In this document: positions 1 to 10,642 of the stretch, piece by piece
Position numbering within the stretch: the first letter of the stretch is position 1
Layout of the letters: each line of letters begins with the position of its first letter
NCBI GenBank assembly: GCA_043228905.1
Contig: JBHGNT010000004.1
Location: 21,948,001-22,012,000 of the forward strand
Length of the DNA: 64,000 nucleotides
Source of the DNA: Azolla caroliniana
Lineage: Eukaryota; Plantae; Polypodiophyta
Direction of reading: 5' to 3'
Made by a program: the position numbers and the translations under genes
Notes under the pieces: model-generated
The model's database searches: none
What the model was told of the DNA's origin: nothing
The model's input: the letters and a program-made list of their open reading frames with translations, nothing else

Positions 1-394
1 TACCATAAGTAATTATTTGGCATAGAAGAGAGCTCTCATTATACTTGCAAGAATTAAAAAGACACTCTTGAACCACGTACAACCTATCAATGGAATTTCA
101 AAGTTTGAGAAGATGAATTGCAATGGGCACATGCAATCTATAAACTCACCCAAGAGCAAAATTAGATAAATTCTATGAAAAAACACTTTATTCTTGTTTA
201 GAGAACCTCTTTTAGCTTCACAAACAAGTTGATAACTTGTCTTCAAAGGTGTTCGACCCATAGAAATATTGGCACTCCAAAGAGTATATAGATACATTAC
301 AAAAGTCTAGAATATGCTGAAGCATCAATTACCACATGTTTCTTTGAATGTTTGATGTAAGCTACAAAAGAATCATAAGAGTAAGATTCTCTCA

Positions 395-1040
395 TCCGGT
401 TGGGTTGTTGACATAAGGAAATGGTTTAGAAGATCGTGTGTGGATGATCTTTTAGAGCTTTTGGGCGATGTTATGCATTATGTAACGATTGAAGAAAGGT
501 TGGTGGAATAACGAAGGATGAAGTGGGAAGATGCTAAGAGGACAAAGCTAGAATACCACATTTCAAATGTTGGCCTCAATATAAAGCAATAATGCCTATT
601 GATCGTATCCAACATTATCTCATTACCAATATGAGTAGCAATGCTCGTAGAGCCCTTACACTACTTCGCACTCCATCTCACAAGTTAGGTATTGAGGTTG
701 CATCATGGTATCAATAATGTAACAAAATTGAAGGCATGTAAAGTATGCAATGAAGGCATGGTAGAGGATGAATGTCACTTGCTCTTCACATGCTCGACAA
801 ATAGTGCAATTCATTCAAGAGATGCTAACATACTGAGAGGGAGTGATAACTTAAGTGCCATACTTAAGACACCACCTAGAAGGTTGAGCTCATATGTGTA
901 TGCTTTATTTACACATAGAGACATTGTGCTTCAATGTATGAATACCCCTTCTTAGGAAGGAGACACATATCAAGAACACGTGTATACTGTCCCATAGGTC
1001 AAACCTAGCCTCTATATGGACGATAAAAATTCTAATTCTA
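395..1040 (+). mobile_element. 3' fragment of an RTE-X-like LINE (C-terminal end of RT ORF plus short-repeat tail)
   Basis: Interrupted frames read GWVVDIRKWF...KRTKLEY...RALTLLRTPSHKLGIEVASW, then CKVCNEGMVEDECHLLFTC (CCHC; ORF 692-955). The fragment ends in AAAAATTCTAATTCTA at ~1025-1040. The LRxxSHxLxIE + CxxC...EDExH...C pattern is typical of RTE-X/CR1-like C-termini. Confidence 0.65.
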
Positions 1041-2890
1041 AACAAGGATGCATGTGAATTAGACCGATAAGTGGACTATTAAAATGTAACATGGCATGTA
1101 ATTCTCAAGAACAACCGAAGAAAATTTGTCAATAAATATTCCCACTCTTACGTGTGTGGAAAGAACTAGTTAGGAGTTCCCATGGATAATTAGACACTTC
1201 CCTTCTACTTTTAGTAATTTGGTCTATGTTATTCGAATACAATAAGTTTCATCACAACGAGCATTCAAGCAAGCACATTGCGACTTTTCTTGGCAATGGA
1301 ATGAAAACCACTTCTCTCAAATCCTAAACTAGATATCTTTAGTCACAACAAAAATGGCAAAGTCACCACAAAAATGGAATGAAGTAGACGTAGCTAGTTG
1401 GTATTTGACTAATTTCCACAAAAATCATGTTGCCACATCCAATGCCCTCTAAATAGAATTTCTTGAGTGGTTATGTGGGGAAATGCACCCACATTGGAAT
1501 TTGGAGTCGGTTAAAAAACAGAGTGCGAGGAGCGATGGCAGAACAACGACCAATACCTGATTCAACGCACATAGGGGGTTCTGGTGTACCTCCCCTCGAT
1601 CAGCCTTCTACCTCTCCCCATATTTCAGGTAAGGTCGTCTCACTCTCCTTGTCAAATAATGATAAGAATATTGTGTTGGCAGAAGTACAACGACTACAGG
1701 AGGTTTCTCTGGTAGCTCATATGGAAGGATCAAGGCCAAATAGGCCTGAGTTGCGTCAAATGTTGTACGCTTCCTTCCCAGAAGAAATCAACATTGTTAT
1801 GGACATCCAATTCATGGGCAAAGGATGTTATTATTTGGAGTTTGCCGATTCTTCTTCAGTGGATCGTTTGTTGAAGATCAAACATACAACAATGCAGGGC
1901 AATTGGACATCTTTCTACAGGTGGACTCATAATGTGGTTGCAGATGACATTTTGCAGCACAAAGAAGCCCAGATGATCTTTACATCCGTTTTTCCAGGAT
2001 TGAAGAAAGAATGGCATCAAGTATTAGCTCAAATAGGTTCTCTTTTAGGTACTGTAATAGCGATTAAAGATGAGGCGTCACAGGAAGATGAGCGTATACG
2101 AGGAGCACCAGCGGTGAGGATTTTGGCCCCGAGAAATAGTGTTTTACCATCTTCAGTGTTGCTGCCAAATTTGCAAGAAAATAAAGAGCCATTGCCCCAA
2201 AGGATTGTGTATCAGGGGCTTCCGGATCAATGTTTTATATGTAGGCATTTTGGGCATTTAGGGAAGGATTGTCCTCGGAAACGTTATCGATCAGAGGAGG
2301 CCCCTAAGCCGACTACTAAGGTGAGGAGATCTGACTGGACTCCAGTAGCAACTAAACATACTTTTAAACAATTTCTCTCACCAGTCAATTCTATAGTTTT
2401 GTTTGATGGTAATCCGTACAATACTTTGAATAACGATGAAGATAGGAATATCTCCTCGCAAAATATTGTAAGGGAGAAGAATAGCGTTGTTGAAATATAG
2501 AATCCAACAACCTCGAAACATGATCATGAAGCCTTGACTATTAAAGAAAGTAAGGATAGACATCATGGTAATCGTTTGGGGGATAAAGGGAAGCATATCA
2601 TTCAATCCTTGCCTCACCCGGTGCCTCAAGACAAGGCGCGACAAATTGACTATTCGGGGATTGACATGGATTGTGAAAAGGAGTTATCGTTAGTAATCTA
2701 TGAGGAGGATCCATCAAAACAAAAGTCTCTCTCTGTAGTGGAAACGATGGTTGCTCAAGATATTAATGATTTTTCCTTTTCGGCAGTAACTTTGGTTCCA
2801 CATGATAGTATGACATTGGACAAAGCAATGCCAGTCCGTGCACATAAATATTCTGGTAAAGATATGATGATAACTAGAAGACAATTACGT

Positions 2891-3540
2891 TGTCGCGTTA
2901 TTACGCGCATGCGTGGAGAAACGAGGCGGGACCACCGGGGTCTTGAACCGAAGAGCAGGTGATAGAAGGGGAACAAGAAAGAGAGAGACGACCGGTTATG
3001 TATGAGCAAAGAAACACAGGGACACGGCCCGGCAACGCAGAAGACACGAATGGACACAGAGAAAGAGAGACACGAATGTTTGTATATTAACAAATGACAC
3101 AAAAACAACAGAGCACGCGAGTGGTTACAACCGAACAGGCCGGCGAACAGATGTCGATGCCTGTTCGTCTGCACACGAAAGGGGATAGGATGGAGGTGCT
3201 GTCGGAAGCACACGGGCGTTCCTCGAAGCAGCGCGAGCCTCCCGAAAACCTGGAGAGAAGAGCAATAGAGAACAAACAGAGGAGAAGCGTTCGGTTACGG
3301 TCCGACAACACTTCGTCCTCCTCAATGCGCAATCCCCTTCTCTCCGAGTCTCCCTCTCTTTTATGGCTTCAAGAAGGGAGCTGTCTCCCTCATTTACTTC
3401 CTACCAACCGAATCTAACTACCCAGGATATATCTATGTACCTAATGCCCTATTATATACATTAAAGGGCGCGCACGCGTGAAGAGTCGGTTCACGCGCTC
3501 TATGCACCAATTGCGCTAAGGGACGGTTTTCTTCACGACA
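2891..3540 (-). repeat. 3' LTR of Ty3/gypsy element 1
   Basis: Direct repeat of 9906-10555; adjacent to the PPT. Confidence 0.95.
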
Positions 3541-6500
3541 TCCGCCCCCACCTAACCATGCATCCACCGGTATGCGCCAAAATTGTGCTCTGGTTGGAGA
3601 AAACCGGTCCGAGTTCCGGTTCTTCGTCCATCGGTTCGTCCTCCGTTTCGGATTGTTCGTCGTCGCTGTCCAGGCCTCTTAGATCCGGTTCGCCATCGTG
3701 GCGCTTCTTGAACGCTTTGATCCGCTTCCCTACTACCGGTATCGCCATCCTCATACCGTCGAGTTCCGCCAGGTGATACGTCCCGTTGTCGTTGGCGCTC
3801 GTTACCACGTAAGGCCCGAACCACCGCTTTGCAAACTTCCGTGTTGCTTGGTGTTGGTTGTCGAGGCTGCTGTCGTAGACTAGCACCCAGTCGCCTTCCT
3901 CGATTTTCTTTGGTCGGAGCCGGTGCGTTCGGTCGAACCGGGCTTTGTTCTTCATCCTCGCCGTCCGAAGTCTCTCTATCGCTCGTTCCACGTCCTCTGG
4001 CCTCCGCTCGAGCTGCCGTATACGCGCCGCTAGCAGTTCTTCCCGACTCATCTCGTCTCTCCAATCTACTGTCGCCCAAGAGGAGATCGTTCGTTCCATC
4101 GGCATGATCGGCTTCTGTCCGAACATGAGCTCTGACGACATGAACCCGGTTACCGAACTGTGCGTTGTCCGGTCCGCCCATAAGGCATAAGGTAACAGTC
4201 GTGGCCAGTTCCTGACCTGGCCTTCGCATGCCCGGAATAGCGCTTTGATGATTGGTCCGTGTCCGCGCTCCACCTTCCCGTTCGCCTCCGGATTGTACGC
4301 TGTGGTGAGCAAGAGCTTGACCCCTAACTGGTCGAACAGCTCCTCAGCCTCTTCGGCGTCCAACTCCCCGCGGTCAGCCACGATCTTCCCGACACACCCG
4401 TACCGGCATATCACGTCCTCGATCAGGAACCGACACACGGCCGCGATCGTTTTGTTCTGCAGGGCTCGGCCTTCCACCTGGTTCGTCAGGTCCTCCCGGG
4501 CCAGCACCAGATATCGCATCTACCCTACGCCCATCGGCATCGTCACCAAATCTACCATCCATTTGAAATGGATGGCCGGAGGGTATGTAGGGTGAAGCTC
4601 GTCCCGATGTCGGACTATGGAGTGCATCTGACAGCTCTCACAAGTTGTCACGAACCGATGCACGTCCCGGTACAGTCTCAGCCACCAGTACTTCCCCTTT
4701 AGTTTCTCGAACGTGGCCCACGTCCCACGGTGTCCAGTCCAGGGGCTGTCGTGGTAGGCCTTTAGCAACCCCTCCTGTTCCTCCTCCATCGCCACTACTC
4801 GGAGCGGGATGTCGTTTCTCCTCTTCGGGTGCTTCCACAAGTATCCGTCCCGGAGAAAGAATCGGTATGCTTTCTTCCGAAACCTGTTGGCCTCGTTCTT
4901 TGTCCATGACACGTCCGGCGTCATCGTCCTTAAGAATCCTCCAATCTGCAGCCACTCCCCATCGTACTTGCTCTCGTTAAAATCGTTAAGCACCGGAGTG
5001 CTCCCCCCCTCGGTTGTTACGTAAGCCGCCTCGAAGAAGTCCACGCCGACTTCCTCGTCCTCCGAAACCATGCCGCCCTCATCGTCGAATCGCGCCCTCG
5101 AAAGCATGTCGGCCATGGCATTGTCTTTCCCGGAAATGTGTCGTATTTCCGGATCCAGGGACTTGATGTACGCTATCCACCTGAGCATTGCCAGGTCCGG
5201 GGTCGCGCATCTGGAAACCATGCCGAGAATCGGTAGGCAGTCCGTCTCGATAATCACCTCTGTCCTGATCAGATAGTCTTTATCGGCCTTCACCGCCGAA
5301 ACGATACCCCAGAGTTCGCGTTTAACCTGGGCGTATCCTCGCTGTCACTCGTTGAGGACCTTCGCGCCGAACCGGATTGGGAACCGAATGCCGTCCTCAT
5401 CTTCTTGGTTGACGACCCATCCGATCCCGGTCGGACTTGTATCTACCGTTATGTAGATGGGAGTGCCTTTCTCGTAGACAGCCTTCTGGAGTGTCGGAGT
5501 TGTAGCAAGAGCCTCCTTCATCTTCCGGACCGACTCCGCATGCTCGTCTCGCCACTCGAATTTTCGCCCCTTTTTCAGCAACCCGTATAGCGGCTCGGCA
5601 ATGTGGGCGTAATGCGGGATCCATATGTGGTAGAACGCGCATGCTCCCAAGAACCTCCATACCTCCGTGACCGAGTTACAGTCAGGCTTCATTGCGGAGA
5701 CGGTTTCCACCTTAGCCAGAGACGGTTTCCGGCCATACGGTCCGCATAGATGTTCGACGACCATGATCTCTGATTGCCCGAAGGCCGATTTCTCCCCGGA
5801 GAAGGTGAGCCTTGCGTCCTCTAGCCTCTGCAGCACCCTCTCACAGTCGTCAATGTGTGTCGCCACGAATTTCCGGCAACCGTCTGGTCCGATCGTTTCG
5901 TCCTTTTTCTCCACCGGACATCCCTTGATCGGGATGTCCTCCAAGAATGGCATGGTGATGTCCGAGATACAATCCCTCAGCACGTTGTTCATCGCATTCA
6001 CCATGTGGGCCACCAAGTTCGTCCCTCCTTGTGGCAGGGTAGACATCCGCACTAGGCCGAGAGGAGTCCGCATCATCGTAATGTCTCTGCTCTCTACGGC
6101 TAGTTGGAACTGATCGTACCCCAAGTACAGATCACTGATCGAGTAGATCGACCTTCCGACGAAGGCCTCCGCGAACTCGTCTATTGTTGGTCTGATTCCT
6201 GCGTTCCGAATGGTCACTCTGTTGACCGGTTGCAGGTCTTGAATGAAGCGCAACGTCCCGTTCTTCTTCGGTACAGTAAACCACCGGTTCGAGTACGGGG
6301 CACTCGACGGTTCGAGGATGCCCATATCGACTTTCTGCCTCAACAGCTCCATCAGCTCCGGGATGTGAGCTCTCGGTACCGGAATTGGTTTGAGATTCCA
6401 CAGCACATGCGGTACCGTGAATATCACCATCGGCTTCACGACTGTCGGGTCTACGCACCCGATCTCTCCCGGTGAGAATGCGAAGGCTTTCCCGTGCCTT

Positions 6501-7120
6501 CTGAGCATTCTCCGAAACCGGTCTTCTTCCGCCGGCAGTAGGAAACCGCCCCCACCGATTTTGAGCTCCCGTAGCATTCTGTCGGTGAAGGTGTGTCCTA
6601 TGCAGGCCGGATCTCGTAAACTGGGGTCCGACGTGACCCCCTTGATTCGCAATTCGCTGCCCTCCGGTAAGGGTGCCGCAATTGGCCTTACCTTCCGGTC
6701 CACAGTCTTGTACTTCGTGTTAACCCGGGTCGTCCGATCCAACTCGAGCTCTCGACTGAAGTCCGCGATGACTTCGTACATCTCCTCTGAACAAACCGGT
6801 ATCGTCCGGTCCTCTTTAAGGCCCTCTCCGACCACCTCTCGCAGTATTCCCAAGGTATAGTCAAAGGAGACCGCCTCCACGGCTCCGTTGATTTCCTCGT
6901 TGGGCCCGAGAACTCCGCACACCCGAAGTCGCTCTTCCGCCCTTGTCTTTTCTCGGCCAACGACGCCGACTATCGTACACCCTTCGTTGTCGGAGAAACA
7001 AAACTTCCTACTTATGGTACAAGGTTTCTTCGGTTTCGCCTCTATCGTACATTTGTGGGGTTTTCCCGGAGTGTCCGGACTATCGCGGCCCCACGCCTTG
7101 ACAACCCTCTCTAAAAATCC
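3533..7120 (-). pseudogene. pol: pol: reverse transcriptase - RNase H - integrase (two nonsense codons)
   Basis: ORFs 5345-7597, 4520-5293 and 3533-4519 share one frame, broken by TGA at 5345 and TAG at 4520. Motifs: RT (DLYLGYDQF, PQG, PFLEDI for FLDD), RNase H (YITVDTSPTGIG, ETDCLP), HHCC (HDSPWTGHRG..CESC), rve core (IVADRGE, NGKVERGH) and GPY/F (WFGPY). Confidence 0.92.
3541..3557 (-). promoter_or_regulatory. Polypurine tract
   Basis: Minus strand GGTTAGGTGGGGGCGGA immediately before the 3' LTR; identical at 58910-58926 in element 2. Confidence 0.85.
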
Positions 7121-9858
7121 TCTCGGTTCTCGCCACCGAGGGATTCGCGGTTTCGCTCGTGGTTCGGTCGCACCGTCAGGAACTGGACCGAATGACGCTC
7201 GTCCTGACTCTTGACCCTCGCGTAAGCCGACCCGTTGTCCAGCACCTTGGTCTCCATCCGTGCTGTCGTAATGTACGGTTCTCCCAGTATGACCGGGTGC
7301 GAGGACATCTCCTGCACAAAGAAGTGATGGTCTATCTCGACGTCGCCGATCTTGACTCGCACGTTTGGGCAGGCCCCGTGTAGTTCCTCGGTGGCGTGCG
7401 TCGCCGCCCATATCTTCCACCCGTGCTTGGTGTTGATCGGCCATTTCCCCTTCTTGTAGAAGTCCATGGACATCAGGTTTATTTCCGAACCGTGGTCCAC
7501 CAGCGCCACCACCAGTTCCTGAACATCTCCGATCTTCACCGGGGTTTCCATGGTCGCTCGGGCCCAGTGTGGCCTCGAATAGTGGCTCTCCGCCCACTCG
7601 TCTTCTAGCGCCATGTCCTCTATATGTGTTGTCCGCACCTCCACTGGCCTTCCCGGTTCTGCCTCCGTCGACAGCCTCTTCCTCTTCACCAAGTCTACGA
7701 TGCAGTCGTGGAACTCCTTCTTGGCGATTCCGAGCACCTCCCGCAACGACAGTTCCACCTTGTTGTCGAGGATTCGTTCTTCCAGGACCTTTCGTAGGTC
7801 CGTGGTCCTTTTGATCTCCGTGCCCAAACGGTATCCACCCTTCTTGTGGTTATCCCGGGCACTAGACTCACCGGCCTCGTTCCGTTTTGGACCGAATCGG
7901 GTTTCGTATCTTTGTGAGGATCCGGCCCCTCCGGTTTTACCTACCCGTTTGTCTTCAACCAGAGCCTCGTAGTTCTGGCAAGCTGCTTCCACGAAACCCG
8001 TCTTTTCTTCGACCAGGTCACTCCATCCGGTTACCTCCTGGACCCGCTTCTCCGCGCGGTGTCGTGAAGAAAACCGTCCACAAGCGGAATCGGTGCACCG
8101 GAGCGTAGGAACCGGCTCTTCATGCACGTGCGTCTTATGTTGTACATAGAAGATCCTAGGTAGGTAGATTCGGTAGGTAGGAAGTTAATGGGAAACGACT
8201 CCTTCCTTGCCTATAAAAGGAGGGAGACGAGGAGGAGATGGTATCGCGTAGTAAGAGAGGACGAAGTGCTGTCGGATTGTGGGCCGAAGGCTTCTCTCTC
8301 TTCCAAACTCCATAGCTTCTTTCTGTGCAGGTTTCGGGAGGCTCGCGCTGCTCTGAGGAAAGCCCGAGTGCTTCCGGCAGCACCTCCAACCTACTCCTTT
8401 CTTTCTGTGCGTTTATGAACAAGCATCGGCATCTGTTCGCCGGCCTGTTCGGTTGTAACCGACTTCATGTTCTCGTTGTTTGTCTTTGTTAATACATACA
8501 TACATTTGTGTCTCTCTGTGTCGCTGTCCCACTCGCGTCTTTGTGTCGAAGGGCCGTGTCCCTGTGGTTCTACGCTCGCACCTAGTGGGTCTCTTCCCTT
8601 CTCCTTTCTCTCTTGCTCTTCTGTACAAGACCCTCGAGGTCCCGCCTCATTCCACGCATCCGCGAGGAATACCTCGACAGCGGTCCGCCTTGTCTTTCTT
8701 TAGTCGGGCACCGGCGAGGCCTTCCAGCACCATCGGCCAGAACCCGGCTTTGCTCTCCTTCCGGGCCTCGCTGCCTCCGACCCGAATACCAGCTGACGCT
8801 GAGTAGTGGACGGTCTCCGCGTGTCGGGCCACTGCCTCTTCCATCACCCTTTTCATTCCTCCTCGCCCGTCGTTTCGGTTCAGGGCCCTCCAGGTATCGC
8901 TGACGTGCACCCGACCTTCCCACAGGTACACTACCCGGCTTCTCAAAGCCTCCGCAAAGTCCCCGCAGTCTTTCCGGATGTGGCCGACCTCGTCGCACCA
9001 CATGCACCTATTTCCTGCCGGAGGCCGTCGGTCACGAGCCTGTTCGCCACCTTCCCTCCGAGCCTGGGCGATCTGGAGATCCTTTACCGCTCGTGTCAAC
9101 TCCTCCAAAGTTGTTCTCCCAGACGAGCCTCTGACCACGCCGATCGAAGCCGAACCGGTTTCGAGCCACTCCCGAGTCTCTTCCCTTCGCGCCTGCGGTA
9201 TCGGTTCGAGCTTCTTTGTTGCGACAGGACCCGCCCCAGTCGCCCCTATATCAGCCCACTCCTACCGTTTGTCAAAACGGCCACAAACTCTTTTTACCGC
9301 AGCCCAGTCGGTCATCAGCCCGTCTTTGGTTTCCAATAAGGAGCCCACTTGCTCCCGATCCCGTGCGTCAACCGATTTGACAAACAGTAGAACACGACTT
9401 GTGTCCAAAACGGTCTGATCGAGCGCCGAAAGGCGCGCAAAGCGTTCCTCAAACTCCCGGAGGAGTACCAACGCATTTCTTCCTTTGTCGGGGGACTCCA
9501 CCCACTCCATGAAGCCCCGCTTCGAAAGTCGAAGCGCGTCATCCAGCCCGTATTTCTCCAGTAGCCGTCCTTTGAACTCCTCCCAGGTCTGGCTCTCCGC
9601 CCGGACCTCGAGCACCTCCGCATGGATGCCCGGCATCGTCACTCGAGGGAATCCGGCAAGACGCCTCTCTTCCGGAATATCCCTCATCAACATCTCCGCC
9701 CGGTAGGACGCCAAATAACTCGTGGCATCCTTTCCACTGAACCGGCCGATCATACCGACGATCGCCTCAATAGCCCTGTCAAGGGCGCCGGTGCCCTCAC
9801 ACGCGCTCACTATCCGGTCCACGACCGAAGCCATGGCCTCTGCAAGATCCGACCCCTT
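7111..9858 (-). pseudogene. gag: gag-protease ORF, interrupted by a TAG and an inverted solo LTR
   Basis: ORFs 9262-9888, 8647-9138 and 7111-8127 share one frame. Contains CMWCDEVGHIRKDC knuckle and aspartic protease VALVDHGSEINLM...VILGEPY. Removing 8060-8679 plus the TSD restores KDKADR|AEKRVQEVTG. Confidence 0.9.
8060..8679 (+). mobile_element. Solo LTR of a related family, inverted inside gag of element 1
   Basis: Starts TGTCGTGAAGAAAACCGTCC, the same terminus as element 1 in reverse orientation, and ends CTCGACA. 4-bp TSD GCGG at 8056-8059 and 8680-8683. Confidence 0.9.
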
Positions 9859-9883
9859 CATCTTCTGCTCCTCTGCCGCCTTG

Positions 9884-9901
9884 TTCACGTCGGGTTCACC
9901 A
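9884..9901 (-). promoter_or_regulatory. Primer-binding site complementary to tRNA-Trp 3' end
   Basis: + strand TTCACGTCGGGTTCACCA matches the 3' 18 nt of plant cytosolic tRNA-Trp (from memory); 4 nt from the 5' LTR. Confidence 0.85.
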
Positions 9902-9905
9902 AATA

Positions 9906-10555
9906 TGTCGCGTTACTACGCGCGTGCGTGGAGAAACGAGGCGGGACCACCGGGGTCTTGAACCGAAGAGCAGGTGATAGAAGGGGAACAAGAAAGAGAG
10001 AGACAACCGGTTACGTATGAGCAAAGAAACACAGGGACACGACTCGGCAACGCAAAAGACACGAATGGACACAGAGAAAGAGAGACACGAATGTTTGTAT
10101 ATTAACAAATGACACAAAAACAACAGAGCACGCGAGCGGTTACAACCGAACAGGCCGGCGAACAGATGTCGATGCCTGTTCGTCTGCACACGAAAGGGGA
10201 TAGGATGGAGGTGCTGCCGGAAGCACACGGGCGTTCCTCGAAGCAGCGCGAGCCTCCCGAAAACCTGGAGAGAAGAGCAATAGAGAACAAATAGAGGAGA
10301 AGCATTCGGTTACGGTCCGACAGCACTTCGTCCTCCTCAATGCGCGATCCCCTTCTCTTCGCGTCTCCCTCTCTTTTATGGCTTCAAGAAGGGAGCCATC
10401 TCCCTCATTTACTTCCTACCTACCGAATCTAACTACCCAGGATATATCTATGTACCTAATTCCCTATTATATACATTAAAGGGCGCGCACGCGTGAAGAG
10501 CCGGTTCACGCGCTCTATGCACCGATTGCGTTAAGGGACGGTTTTCTTCACGACA
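9906..10555 (-). repeat. 5' LTR of Ty3/gypsy element 1
   Basis: Direct repeat of 2891-3540; adjacent to the PBS. Confidence 0.95.
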
Positions 10556-10642
10556 ACGTGTTGCTGAAGAAGGAAAACGCCGAGGAGAAGTTTTGGCCGG
10601 AAAAAGGACAGTTTCATAATACTTAGTTCTTTATTATTATTA

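Larger units (their letters stand above)
2891..10555 (-). mobile_element. Ty3/gypsy non-chromovirus LTR retrotransposon (Phygy/Selgy-like), full length but mutated
   Basis: Two 650-bp LTRs (2891-3540, 9906-10555; TGT...ACA; about 22 mismatches by hand). 4-bp TSD ACGT at 2887-2890 and 10556-10559. PBS-Trp, PPT, and gag-PR / RT-RH-INT order; no chromodomain seen. Lineage name is inference. Confidence 0.95.
1535..10619 (+). pseudogene. LINE ORF1 (DUF4283/RRM-like domain + CCHC zinc knuckle), split by LTR insertion
   Basis: ATG at 1535; knuckle CFICRHFGHLGKDC; one in-frame TAG at 2498-2500. Removing 2891-10555 plus one ACGT copy restores ...RRQLR|VAEEGKRRGEVLAGKRTVS* with TAA at 10617-10619. Confidence 0.85.

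Noticed and set aside
9884-9901. tRNA-Trp gene
   Set aside because: Only the 3' 18 nt including CCA are present next to an LTR, so this is a PBS (likewise 62387-62404).
3552-10340. Many overlapping or antisense ORFs in the LTR element
   Set aside because: Shadow frames of GC-rich gag-pol and LTR sequence with no recognisable domains.
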